Shown piece after piece: positions 38,497 to 52,000 of a DNA stretch of 64,000 nt (positions are counted from its first letter, which is position 1; each line of letters starts with the position of its first letter). Origin of the DNA: Mytilus edulis (Eukaryota). The notes below the pieces were generated by a model. It was given only the letters and a program-made list of their open reading frames with translations. It was not told the origin of the DNA and made no database searches. The stretch is from contig NC_092346.1 in assembly GCF_963676685.1 (NCBI RefSeq), positions 60,140,001 through 60,204,000 on the forward strand, in the 5' to 3' direction. The position numbers and the translations under genes were made by a program.

Positions 38497-40390
38497 TACC
38501 GCAGTCCCACTAGGCCACGATCGTACTACGATCTGTGAAAAAAATGATAATTTTGATGATCGTAGTACGATCGTGTAGAGCGTAGAAAGGTCGAGTCACG
38601 GTCGTGGTGAGTTCTTCAAGATCGTGATGAGCGAGGCCAACTTTAAACATGTTCAAAACAATCGTGGTGCGGTCGTGGCGAAATCAGGTCGTAGTAGAAG
38701 CGTAGTGAGAGCGCACTAAGATCGTAGTAAGATCGCAAAGGTCGCTGTACCATCGTAGCAAGAGCTTAGTGAAAGCGTAATTCTATTCGGAGAAACTGCG
38801 CTACGATCTCACAGCGACGTTATTACGACCTCACTACGACTATCACGTTCTCACTGCGACCCAACTACGCTTCCACTACGTCTATACCACGCTGTTCACG
38901 ACCATAGTACGTAATGAGGACGTAGTAGCATCGTGAAAGCAACGAAAATTTACATTTGTATGCCGCTCATACCGCGACCTCACCACGATCTAAATTTATT
39001 TTAGATCGCAGTGAGCGTGGTGCGATCGTGGTCTAGTGGGACTGGGCATACAAATGTAAATTTTCGTTGCTTTCACGATGCTACTACGTCCTCTCTACGC
39101 TTCTACAAAGATCCCACTACGATTATACCACGTTCTCACCGCGCTTATTCTGCGACCTCACTACGCTTATCAAGATCTTTCTACGCTCTTCACGTTCTCA
39201 CTACGACCATACCACGAGTTATCCGATTGCAACACGATCTTACTGCGATTATTACACGTTCCTACCACGATTATACTACGTTCATAGCGGGATCTTACTA
39301 CGTTCTCAGCAATAACGTCAACATCGTGTTCCATATCAATGCAGTTCAATTCCTTCTATTTCTGATTAAATCGTAGATTTCTCGGAAACAATACAGTCAT
39401 GCCACCAAAATCTACCAGAACAAGTGGGCATAGTGGTAGGAGTTGATGTAGAGGCAGAGGGAGCAAAGTAACGAATCCTGATCAAGCAGAGATGTCGGAC
39501 CGACCAATCCAACCTAAATTACAACCTATTGCTGGTCCATGAAGCTCAATGACGATATTTTAGTGAACGATAGCAGAGATGACATAGATGTATCAATATA
39601 TATAGGAAGATGTGGTATGAGAGCCAATGAGACAACTCTCCATCCAAGTAACAATTTATAAAAGTAAACCATTATAGGCCAAGGTACGGCCTTCAACACG
39701 GAGCTTTGGCTCACATCAATCAGAACGTTATAAAGGACCCAAAATATTACCAGTGTTAAACCATTTAAACGGGAAAACCAACGGTCTAATCTATATAAAA
39801 ACGAGAATCATGGTTGAGCCGTTAGAGTAAATGGATAATTACATTCAAACAAACAAAATCTAGGGAGCTTTTTTATATATTTTATGTAAAAATGACAATG
39901 AGAATGATGGTCGTAGTGTGAACGTAGTCATGTCGTAAGAAAAGCGTGACGAGGACGACAAGGGCGTGCTAGAATCGTACTATGGTCTTGAAAAGCGTGG
40001 TTTAGTCGTAGTGGAAGCGTAGTTGGGTCGCAGTGAGAACGTGATGGTCGTTGTGAGGTCGTGATCACGTCGCTGTACGATCGTAGCGCAGTCTCTCCGA
40101 ATAGAATCACGCTTTCGCTACGCTCTCGCTACGATTGTACAGCGACCTTTGCGATCTTACTACGATCTTAGTGCGCTCTCACTACGCTTTTACTACGACC
40201 TGATTTCGCCACGACCGCACCACGATTGTTTTGAACATGTTCAAAGTTGGCCACGCTCTTTACGATCTTGAAGACCTCACCACGACCGTGATACGACCTT
40301 ACTGCGATCTACACGATCGCACTACGATCATCAAAATTTGCATTTTTTTCACAGATCGTAGTGCGATCGTGGCCTAGTGGGACTAGGGTA
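38497..40390. mobile_element. Second Harbinger-like TIR element E2 with ~400-bp TIRs, flanked by TAA
   Basis: TACCGCAGTCCCACTAGGCCACGATCG...CGATCGTGGCCTAGTGGGACTAGGGTA. 38497-38910 is the inverted copy of ~39980-40390. TAA at 38494-38496 and 40391-40393. Contains a SINE-like insert at ~39605-39805. Confidence 0.75.
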
Positions 40391-40392
40391 TA

Positions 40393-42464
40393 AGCTAGGT
40401 TTACACTGCCGATCAGATCAACTCGATGATCCCGATTGTCAAAATCTCCACGACCAAGCTCAACCAAATTCTTGATCGGGCCTGTTTACGACTTCTACCC
40501 GACCGCCATCCGACTATACACGACCTAACTCGACCATTTACGACTCCTTAATGACTCCATCACGACTCCATCCCGACAACAAACTGAATACTTATTCGAT
40601 AATTACGATCGATTCACGATCCTTATACGATCTTTACTCGGCTAGCTAGACCAAATCAACTATTCACGATCTAAGCCTGATCTCGACCAGACCAGATCGA
40701 CCTGATCGTATATGGGTCGTAGGGATAATCGGGAATTGCACTTTTTTGTATAAAAACGTCCGATTTTTTTATTCCCTGACGCTTCGGAGTGGGCATTAAG
40801 TGTTACCGTTGAATGGTTAAAGATATTTATTTTCTTTTTTGCTGTATGGCAACAACCTGTATGTATTTGCCAAAAAATATTGCAAAAAGAGGGAAAAGAA
40901 AGATGTCACATATTTCCCCAAAATTTGACCCAAAGTAGAATTGCAATCCCCTGGAGTGATACTTTTTCTAAAACAGTTTACAACTTTTACATATATCTAT
41001 CAAGAGATCAAGAGTGCATTTCTTTCTAACCAAAGTTTGGTAAACGTTGTGTACCGTTTGTTATAGTTTCTTAAACGTAACAGAAGTAGAAACAAATGCA
41101 TTGTTTGTTTAGACGGGATTCAAATTTTGAGTAATTTTAGACAATGTTTTGAGTTATGACAAGCAAGAACACGTTTAGATAATTGATTAAATGTTCAAGT
41201 TAGAAAGAAATGCATCGTTTGAACTAACAAACGACGAACGACAAACTGTAGACGCATTTGCAGAGAGTGTATAGTTTGTCAAAGTTTATGCAAACTTGCA
41301 AAAGTATGTTAGAAACAAATGATCACAACTTGTGCTCACTGAACAGTTTGTATCGTTACTGTTAGAAAGAATTCGTACCAAATAAAAAATATTTGTCTTT
41401 CGTCTCATTTTTGTGTGAAATTACGTCAAAAAGTTCAAATGAAAAACAAATTGACTGTAAGGTGACCTATAGTTGTTATTGATCATTTCTGTGTCATTTG
41501 GTGTTCTGTGAAGAGCTGTTTCATTGGCAATTGTAACACATCTTCTTTTTTTTTTATACTTCAAACATTTCTGAACAAACGTAAAATACGGACAGACAAA
41601 ACAGAAAATAGCCCATAAAACAGGTAAAATATAAACTTGATGTTCTTATAAACCAACTTTGAAAGATAGCTTAGTTATCAGCAGTCTAACTATGAATACT
41701 ATTGCACAGTTATTTTAATATTTGAAAAAGCCGCCGGTGCAAACATCGCAGGATTTTCTTTCCTTCCGGAACATCTGAGATCATCAAGTTTTGTTGGGTT
41801 ACGTAATGCTAAGTTTTTAGTTTTCTATGTTATGTGGACTGCTGTTTGTCTTCTCGTCGGTTACCGTTTTTCGCTATGGCTGTGTCGGTTTGTTTTCGAC
41901 CTCTGAGTTTGATTGCTCCTTTGGTGTCTTCTGTCTCTCTTTTAATATGTTACCTTTCCTTGCAAAAGTAAAGACACGTACTGAACATGGAGGAATTTTC
42001 GTACATTTAAAAATATATTTTTGCGGAAGCATAGTTTGAGAGTTAATCAGATCTGCACACACTTTTAGAAAATCGTGTAGCTGTCATGTGTTTTCGTGTA
42101 TGGGCGAGTAGAGATCGAAGAGTGGTCGAATGTGGTCGCGAAGGGATCGGGTATTGGTCGAGTTGGTCTGGGGAAATATAAATGTACAAGTCGCAGTGAT
42201 CTGGAAGCGATCGGGCATTGGTCGAGTTAATATGGAAATGATCGGACATTAGTCGAGTAAAGGTCGAAATGATCGAGTACTGATTGGTAACATTTTTGTA
42301 TTCCGACTAAACTCGATCTCTACACGATCCTTTCCAGATCAATTCGACCGCTACTCGACGAATTCTCGATCTCTTCTCAAGTGACTTGCTTCTCAATCGT
42401 TACTCGTGTCAAAAACTCTCGAGTAGAAAGTCAGATTGATGACGAGCAAGGTAGACTATCCCGA
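40393..42464. mobile_element. Harbinger-type element E3: diverged, 3'-truncated copy of E1
   Basis: Starts AGCTAGGTTTACACTGCCGATC and is colinear with 35503-38396 except for the retrozyme insert and part of the interior. It lacks the last ~100 bp, including the right TIR. Confidence 0.75.
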
Positions 42465-43104
42465 TATTATAGATAGAGAAAATTGTAAGTAGCTAAAATG
42501 TTCAGTAAAGTAACATCTACAAACACATCACCATCACCAAAACACAATTTTGTCATGAATCCATCTGTGTCCTTTGTTTAATATGCACATAGACCATAGG
42601 TGAGCGACACAGGCTCTTTAGAGCCTCTAGTTTATTTGTATTTCGAAGTTTTCTCTTTGTTACCTTTAAATAAAGTATCATTACAATTCCATTTCCATTC
42701 TCAATTTTATCAAATCACTACTTAACATAACGATTCAGCACGCAATTTCTTTTTACATGTAATTTCATCCTTAACTTAATATTTCATGCATAAAGAAATA
42801 ACTTTCAAGTTATACACTGTCCACACTGAAGTATATCTATGTCCTCGGACCTAATAGGATAGAAAGACCAATTCTAAACTTTGCAAGATCTAAGCTTAGG
42901 GAAATGTGCGATAGTCGGTAAAGTTTCATGGCCATAGGATACTTGTATATATTTAAGACACTACGGTAATTTTTATATTGAAATGCATAATATTGCCGTT
43001 TTAATCAAATGATTTTAACTGTCAAAATTGGGCCTTAAAATAATTGTTGCACAGCTTTGCTTCAAAAATGCACTTATAATTGTGTCCTTGGGTCAATTAT
43101 ATAC

Positions 43105-43265
43105 AAGATTTCAATGCCTTTTTTTTTGGTATTTTTATAGTGGTATCAAAGTTTTGACCGAAGGATGTTTTTATAAAAAGCGCCCTTCGCGCGCTTTATA
43201 CAAAGTGTCCTTCTGTCAATGCTTTTACTTTCCAATAAAATTACCAAAAAAACATTCAATTCTAA
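43105..43265. repeat. Long imperfect foldback hairpin
   Basis: Inverted arms (TTTTTTTGGTATTTTTAT / ATAAAATTACCAAAAAAA; TTGACCGAAGGA / TCCTTCTGTCAA) around the apex AGCGC-CCTTCGC-GCGCT. Confidence 0.55.
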
Positions 43266-46200
43266 AATAAACCTCGCATTTCTCAAACTAATCCTTTAAT
43301 TGGTTGATAATTACACAACCTTGACTATTGTACCCTTATTTTTGACTTTTACCTTTTATATCTGTTTGTTATGGTCAAACATCGTTGTCAATATAAGGGA
43401 TTTTATAGGACTGTCATACAAGTGAGTGTCTGAGCTAGCTATAAAACCAGGTTTAATCCACCATTTTCTACATAAGAAGATGCATGTATCAAGTAAAGAA
43501 TGTGACAGTTGTTATCCATTCGTTTGATGTATTTGAGCTTTTGATTTTGCCATTTGATTAGGGACTTTCCGTTATAAATAAATATTGAATTTTAGTTCAG
43601 TATTTCAAGTTGTAAATTAACTTTGTTTTGGAAAATTTCACCTGTACTTACAGCATTTGATGGCTTTGGCTACTTCAGAATCTGTAGATATCCCGCAATC
43701 ATGAAGGGAAATAGTTAAGTTAGAGAAAATGAGTTGCGAATACATTATGCTTATTCTGTCTTGTTGAGAAATAGCCTGATGATAGATTTGTGTTTAAATA
43801 AATTGGCAGCAAGAATGTATTAAGCTGACACGCCGATCCGCATTTAATCTTGCTAGTTCACGACGTAATTGTTCATGTAATTGGTCGATAAGTCTCCCTA
43901 TAAAAAAACTTACATCAGAAGAACCCGTGTTGGCTCTTTCCTCAATGCTAATATGAGAGCAAATACCAATTTTGTGTTCGTGTTGATTGTCCGGGAAAAG
44001 AAACCACACGCAATATGCAAGTGACAGCGGGCTATCCCAATAGCTAAGTTAAGATCCGTTTTATCAAATGCAATCTCATGAAAACTGAATTTTATATTGC
44101 TTATTTGAATAAAAACATTTACAAAGGGCTTTTAAACTTATGATCAAATTCTTGAATATCACTTTTTTAATAAACAGACTTGAAGATTTCTTGATTGTTT
44201 GTTCTGTAGTCCAGCAACTAGCTTCCTTTAATTATTTTTAGCTATTCAATTGTACGGATTTTAAATGACAGATAAAACGTGAAATCTAACTATTTCATTT
44301 AATTATCAAACAAACTGTTGTTTAAAATGTTTATCCTTATAATATCTTACTTACATTCTTATAAAATCAAACCGTGGGGGCTATATGTAACCATTTTTCG
44401 TTTTTTTTGTTGACATATTTGTTTTGTTTTTATAGTGATAAAGACAATGTTGGCTGCTGTATCCCTATTTGAGATATTTTAATCTATTATATATGTTAGT
44501 TTTTTTTATATTATGTTGTTTATATAAGGAAATTTTGTGCTACTGTCATACAAGTGAGAGCTAGCTATAAACCAGGTATAATCCACCTTTTCTTCATACG
44601 AAAATGTCTGTTTTAAGTCAGGAATATGACAGTTGGTATCCATTCAATTGATGTATCTGGGTTTTTTTTTTATTTTGCCATTTGTTAAAGACTATCCGTT
44701 TATAATTTTCAACGAGTTCGGTATTTTTTGCTATTTTACATTTATCTGAGATAAAGGTTATTTTGCGACATAACACTATCATTTTTAACATAGATGAATG
44801 TAAAACTAAATTACTTTGAACGATTGTTTTTGTTTTTGAAAAGGTTTCACTTAAAGTCTACATATGATTATATTATATCAACAAACATGAGTCGACCAGA
44901 AGGGTTGCACACTTAATACCCATTAGAATCGTATCTATTTGTTGAAATATCAATCTACCAAATTGCACAAATATCTTGTCAATCCAATAGTCCAGAATTT
45001 TGACCTAAAGAAAGAGGCGTGTTTTCATGAATTTCATTTTGTTAAATCGATAAATCAATCTTTCAATTGAGCATTGGAAATATCAGTGTAAACCGGTGAA
45101 AAAAGTTTGATATATCTGTAAAATTGTAATAATTAGTTTAAATCTTTTGTAGTAAATCTATGAATTTATTTTTATCATTCACATCTGATTGGCAACGATG
45201 GTTGAACATACGTCATCACAATATGTCTGAAGATCATATTTTACTGTATAAAGAATGTAGTAAGAATTCTAAAAAGATGTTTAGTCGAAAATCCTGATGA
45301 CACATCTATATATCGTTTTTGTAAGAATTATGTGTATCTATATATCGAGTATAAATACGCGAAATTTTCGTCGTACTTTTTTATATTAATGTACATAAAG
45401 ATAGTTAATGACTAAAGCAAACTGTCTCCCGAAAAACATGTAATCACAGCATTGTGACTTGAGATATTGCCGTCTCAAGAGAGTGACGAAAGATACCAGA
45501 GGGACAGTCAAACTCATAAATTGAAAATAAACTGACAACGCCATGGCTAGAAATGAAAAGACAAACAGACAAACAATAGTACACATGACACTCAAGTGAC
45601 AACACAACAAACTACCAAATTCAATAATTTCGCGTTTAACCCTTTTTGTAATCATGTGCCTCTTTCCAAAATATTCAGTATGCTGCATATGGGCATTATT
45701 TGGAAGAAGAATGTATTAAATAAATAAGACACTAAAGCTTTCCTTTCTTTGTGCTTGTTTTATGTGTCAGAAAACAAAATAGAAATGTTTGGTAGACAAA
45801 ACTCCTCTCTTAATGTACAACACAAGAAAAGCATGATCGATCTTCGTGTTTTAATAATATATTTGTGATCAGTGACAGGATTATGTGGGTTGGACCAAGA
45901 GTTTTCTTCATTGAATGACTTCGATCAATTCAAACGTAAACAATGAAATCACAAATAAACAGATGTTGATATTTCTTTAAATCATAGATGAAAATGCATA
46001 AATTTTATCACGCTTTCTTGGCTGTATAGTATTGTCGAAAACAAAATACTTAATGTAGAACTAATTAGTTTCACGAAATGAAAAACATACTTATAGCCAT
46101 ACAAAAGCAACAGTTTAACTAAATTGTATTAATATTCTGAAGAATGTAAATACTGAAATAATATGATTAGGTTAAACGCTTATTCGTAATAATATTTTTT

Positions 46201-47283
46201 TTAATAAATACAACACGTTTTGTCTTAAAATAACAGTATAAATTTGCTGATCATCGTACCATGCGTAAAAGACAAGAAATATTTGTGTTGTTACTCAAAA
46301 AATGTATTGTAGAAATTATTATTATTATTATCATTATTACAGTTTTGTATGGTACTATTTTGATTTGGCATTGCCACGATTGAGATCAAGTGTGAAGAGT
46401 ATTTCTATTGGGGTCACAAAGAAGCCGGGTTTATCTACTTCATTGTCTTATTTTAAAAAAAAAAAAAAAATATAAACTATTACCAGTTATGCATATATCA
46501 AAAGGATATGATATTAACTCTATTGACAAAAAGTATTTCAGATATATTCAACAGTTGCAAATGAATGTAATGCCGTCCCCTCAAGAGTAACCCCAGTGAA
46601 ATGAATACTTTAACTAAGTTTTACTCTCTTACTTCAGAGGTCATTCTCGATTCTTTAAGTCAATAATCTTACATTTACCATAAAACAAAATATTTTTTCT
46701 TTTATCAACGTGAAATAATGTATATACCTCAACACACTCCCTTAATTGCCAGTTGGTTTTTCCGAGAGAAAAAAATCACAAAAAAATTTTCATTCATATC
46801 GTCCGCAATTAAAATTACACACGAGAGACTTTTTTCTTATTTCTTAGGCCAATACGGTTTGAAAGACTAACAATAGTTATATTTTAATCATATTGCAGGT
46901 AAGTCATATCTTAGTATGCTGTCTTGTAATTATAAATAAGAGACACTTGAACAATGTTAAACGCTCGTTTATCCATATAGAATATGTGTTTACCACTCAA
47001 TGTAAAATTTGAAGGGAATATCCTGAACTTCAAACAGATCGAGACTGGTTTCGATTGGAGTTATCATTACCTGCTATAGATAAATATAAGAAGATGTGGT
47101 ATGAGTCTCAATGAGACATCTCTTATACATACATTACCCGCCATGTCACAGCCAAAATATAACATAATGTCATGCATTCTAGTCTTATCGATACAAAAGT
47201 GCGCTCCCCTTACATTCTAGTTAATAGAAAAGTTATAAAACCCAAAATTCCAACTTTGATCTGATGAAAAATATGGCATCTAA

Positions 47284-48501
47284 CTAATTAGTAAGCAGAA
47301 GATATATGAGTAATGTTGTAATAATGACTGCGACTAATAAAACCCAAAACAGAATCATGTCAACTCTTGCAATTATATCTGGCCATGTTAATTCTATAAT
47401 GTCGGTGTTTTCCGTCTTAATGACTTCACCATTCATTATAGCACTATCGTTTTGAGTATTGTTGTCAGAACATCCAACAGTCTTTTTACTTCGCATGTAT
47501 TTGATAAACGATAGAGTAAAGACAACTTGCAGCCATTTTGGCACAGGCTTTGATCGGAAGTGTAATCGGAGTTCCACAGCTGTTACTATAACAACGATAG
47601 TACCCATTCCAAGTTGAAACATTAAATAAAATTCCAAAATAGAGCCGGCGGTTTTAGGGAGTGTTGAACTGACAATTGACAGGAATACGGCAAACGACAG
47701 AAAAACTGTAATAGAGTAACTCATCTTCTCACCACAGTCTACTGGTAGTGCAAATGTAAATATGTTTAAAATAGCCAATAACACAATAGGTGCGATAACA
47801 TTTATCAAATAAAATGTAGGGATTCTGCGTACAGTTAGGGAAAACTTGACTCTTGTTTCTGCAGATGAATCTACGGTGGCTGAAGTCGACACAACTTTCC
47901 ATTCCCCATTACCTTTGAAATTGTAAAAATTAATTCCTTTCAATCCCTTTGAAATTTTTATCTGGGAAATACTGTATGACCACACAACAAAAATAATATC
48001 ACACGTTTGCTCATCGAATGGAAATTTTTCAATGTTAATATCACACTTTGTTTCGAATATTTCAAAGGGTGACCATCTCAACATACCATCTTTTTCAATG
48101 ATCACTTTAATAAAACCGTTTCCAAGTTCGTCTAGCTTTTTGAATCCGTTTTGAAGAGAAATATCTGGTTTCCAAATTTTATCTTGTGATACATAGATTG
48201 TTGACAAATTTCCATATGTAGCAGGTGTCCACTGTAGATATTCGTCTTTCCAATATATGTCGACAAATCCAGTTGTTATCAACTTTTGTTTAACCTCGTC
48301 GATACCATTTACAGCTACAAGAAAAAGGTCTAAATCCACTCGTAAGGGTTCTGACTGGTTTAAACTTGGACGCACTTCTTTGTTATAACCGTCCGTTATG
48401 AACAATTTTTTCATCAAAGCTTTCATATTGTCACCAGTTTGTGCTTGGGAACAAGCGTTTAAAAACCAAATTGAAATTATGGATAGTATAATTATTGCCA
48501 T
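47284..48501 (-). CDS. Atypical nAChR-like Cys-loop subunit, paralog 4 (intronless, 405 aa)
   Basis: Signal peptide, IWKPDI, Cys-loop CDINIEKFPFDEQTC, GEKMSYSITVFLSFAVFL, four TM segments. Confidence 0.96.
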   Translation of the reverse strand: MAIIILSIISIWFLNACSQAQTGDNMKALMKKLFITDGYNKEVRPSLNQSEPLRVDLDLFLVAVNGIDEVKQKLITTGFVDIYWKDEYLQWTPATYGNLSTIYVSQDKIWKPDISLQNGFKKLDELGNGFIKVIIEKDGMLRWSPFEIFETKCDINIEKFPFDEQTCDIIFVVWSYSISQIKISKGLKGINFYNFKGNGEWKVVSTSATVDSSAETRVKFSLTVRRIPTFYLINVIAPIVLLAILNIFTFALPVDCGEKMSYSITVFLSFAVFLSIVSSTLPKTAGSILEFYLMFQLGMGTIVVIVTAVELRLHFRSKPVPKWLQVVFTLSFIKYMRSKKTVGCSDNNTQNDSAIMNGEVIKTENTDIIELTWPDIIARVDMILFWVLLVAVIITTLLIYLLLTN

Positions 48502-49080
48502 GTTCAGCTACAAATGTACAAATATGAAGGAATAGACGTATCGATCTTAATGTATTCAATAATGTTTTGTATTTTGTAAAAACATTAGATGGGCTGTACC
48601 ATGCAGGTAATTAACCGAACGACTTCAAACAATAAACACGTAAGCAATTCGTTCACATTCAAAAACATATTTTTTCATATTTTTTTAATTATAAATGAAT
48701 AATGCATAGAAATTATTCACGCTTCTGTTGATTTTGATGCAAATTCTTCGTGTAGAACAAATAATTTTAAATATGACGAAAATATAATAGTTGAAAACAA
48801 ATACATTTTATTAAACGTACAAAAGTTAAGTGTTATAATTCTCTAATTACAGCTAATTTATATTCTGAAATGCAATGTTAGATCATTGATGCTTTAACAT
48901 GTAAAAGTACTAAAAATAAAAGTTATGAATTTATCATTGAAGGAATTTCCCAATTCAAATTACAAAAACCAATGCACTTTGTAAAGTGTAGGGTTTTAGC
49001 CTAAAGTAAAGTAATACTAAAGTAGTCTATGATACTCATAATGAACACTGAAACCTAATATGTCACAAGATAATGATTTG

Positions 49081-52000
49081 TTAAGACTTATGTCCGTGCC
49101 ATGAACTAAATAAATCCTCTGTTAACTTTGAAGTATGTTGATTCATATGGACAATGTCCCACTTTTTCATCCATGGTCCTTGAATGGTGGTGTCAAATTC
49201 AGGATCATCAGGTAACTGAAAATTGAAAATAAAACAATATGCATGCATGGTCATTCCATTTCATAAATATTTTGCAAAGCATGAGCCTTGTTTCTTTAAT
49301 ATTTACTTGGTAGAATAAAATTGGTAACAAGAGTGAATAACAATGATGCCGCTTTCAACAAATCAAACCACAGATTACGCATATTTATATAAACAAAGGC
49401 AATTGTCAATGGTATAACACGGAAACAGGATTTAACTGGAAACTTGTCAGACGGTCGAAAACACAATACGAGACGATATAAACCGAAACCAGAACAGTGC
49501 ATCGGACGCAACAAACAGACAACGTGTTTTTAATCTTATTTTTTTTATATAAATATCATCATTGCCCCTGATTGATAACTAGCTTTCACTTGCTCAAACC
49601 ACTGCAAATATAAGCTTATACCTCCGTTCAAAGCAACTTGTATCGAACAGAGTTTGTATTTTTTTTAATAAAAATGCCTTACGCCCGATAGTCACTTCAG
49701 TACAGTTATAGTTCTTCAAAGGGGCGTGAATAGAAATTGAACTATACATTAAGACAATCTTACAAGTATTGAAATTCTACATACCGGCAAGACATCTTTT
49801 ACTGCTTCTCTTTGTTTCTCGCGTCTGTCAACGTTATCAAATGGAGTCCAATCAATTTTAAAGTTAGGGTCCTTTTCTGTTCTCATCAGCAAAGGTTCTT
49901 TCATTCCATAAAATCCTGCTGGTTCATCTGGTCTTTGCCATCTCAAATCTAAGCTCCAACGGATTTGTTTTGTCATGTTAGGAAGACTTGAAAAGAAAAA
50001 GTTATAGCTATATCTAGTTTAGTCTCGTTACAAAGACAACAAAAATACCAAGCTTGATTATAATTCGGTTTGCCAATAAACTCATCATAGATACCAGGAC
50101 TAAATTTTGTATATACGCCAGACGCGCGTTTCGTCTACAAAAGACTCACCAGTGACGCTCAAATCCAAAAAAGTTTAAAAGGCCAAACAAAGTACGAAGT
50201 TGAAGAGCATTAAGGACCAAAATTCCTAAAAGTTATGCTAAATGCAGCTAAGGTAATCTATGCCTGGGGTAGAAAAGCCTTAGTTTTTTAAAACGCGCGT
50301 TTCGTCTACTTAAGACTCATTACGCTCAAACAAAAACAGTATAATATAAGAATATAAAATATAATACTAGTCTGATCATTTTAAAGTTTTATTTATTTAT
50401 TTAACTAAGTTACTGAAAATCATGAACCATATAAAAATACCTTCTGTGTGGTATTAAGTTGTTCAATAATAGCATACCACCATATGGTACTGGACATGTT
50501 ATTATGTCTTTATCCACATCGACGTCTGTTAATAAGAACATCATAAGTTAATGTGACTTATTTTATATGGCAATAACTAAGATTAGCGAATAGGTGTTTC
50601 GTTTGTGTTTGTATATCAATAAATGTGGTTACATGATGTGCATGTTTGTTTGTTTCTATATAAATATAAGGTGGTGTACTAATAAATTGCTAATGAGACA
50701 TTTGGAGTGGATTTTAAAAACCTATAGGTCACCATACGACCTCCAACAGTAAGCAAACCCAATAAAGACATGATAACATGTTCAACACAGAATTCAAAAA
50801 GAACGAAGCGGTCTGATTTATAACAAAATAATTAAACGAAAAGCAAATATGACAGAAATTCACCAACAACAACTACCGAATTACAGTGTCTTAGATGTGC
50901 TAAACATTTATGTGAGTGTTTAATTCTCGCCTAACATTGGTGTAAAACTTAATGTAACAAAAATACAGAACTCCAAGGAAATTTCAAACGGACGCACATC
51001 ATTAGAACTGTAAATGCAGCTGGAAATAGTTAAGTATCTATGATTTCGGATTATTTACCTACCCAATGTCTTCATCATTTCCTGCTCTTCTAACATGACA
51101 TACCAGGTGCCACCATAACAACATTGGTGTGGCGCTACAAGACCTTTCTTATGCCCTTTGTTGGCCACCTATAAATATCATACTTAAAGTCATTAATTAT
51201 TATCAAGAAATCCTCACAAAAAATGTGTGGTGTTAAAAACAACTTTAAAATCTAAATTTGGTCAAAGTCGAAAGCCCTTACTCAGATACAGATTTATTAT
51301 CGACAATGAAGTCCCAAACTCAATACTTTTGAAATATCATGCAGAGTTTCTGAGAAAAACAAAACAGAATCTAGAACTTTGACCCCACCGATAGCTATTG
51401 AATATATGTCATATGGAAATAAGGAGGTGTGGTATCAAAGCCAATGAAACACACGCTTTTCCAATAAAAAGACAAGAATGAAAGCAACAAAAGATCACAT
51501 TGTTTGTCAAACAAGCCTACGTTATGATCTCTAAGTAACACATAATATCAAGTATTGTTGTCCTGATCACATATCAAATATTGACCCCCACTCGTGCATA
51601 TAAACGTCTCAAATCAGACCTCACATTACTGTGTATTTGTATACCGTACATACCCGAACGGGTTTGAAAATTGAAATCAGCTATGCTATGAAAATATTGA
51701 ACAAACCTGCATACAACCATTTTTCTCGTTTGCATCAAGCAATGGAATCCAAGCTGTTGGTTGGAGTGTTTTATAACAGTCGACATTTAAATAACCACAG
51801 TCTGCAAGACAATAAGTCGTCATATAGCTTTGATGCAATGAATTATAAGTCAACTACAAAAATATTAGATAGGTCACTTTCTGTATGAACCAATTGCAAA
51901 CCCTTGTGTTTTTAATGATATCTGATAAATAAACCACAAAACGTATTCAAACTGACTTGCCAATGGTGTAACGCAGGACATGATCACGGATTGTTAGTTC

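Larger units (their letters stand above)
34930..42633 (+). mobile_element. HINE (same family as 7871-10376) split by a ~7-kb stack of nested TIR elements
   Basis: The 5' part (34930-35499) has CATCACTTGG, a (GTC)n tract and the internal repeat. The 3' part (42465-42633) ends AGGTGAGCGACAC-AGGCTC-TTTA-GAGCCT-CTAGTT. Confidence 0.7.

Noticed and set aside
39011-39376. Overlapping ORFs in three frames
   Set aside because: Produced by the low-complexity ACGA/CTAC-rich subterminal repeats of element E2.
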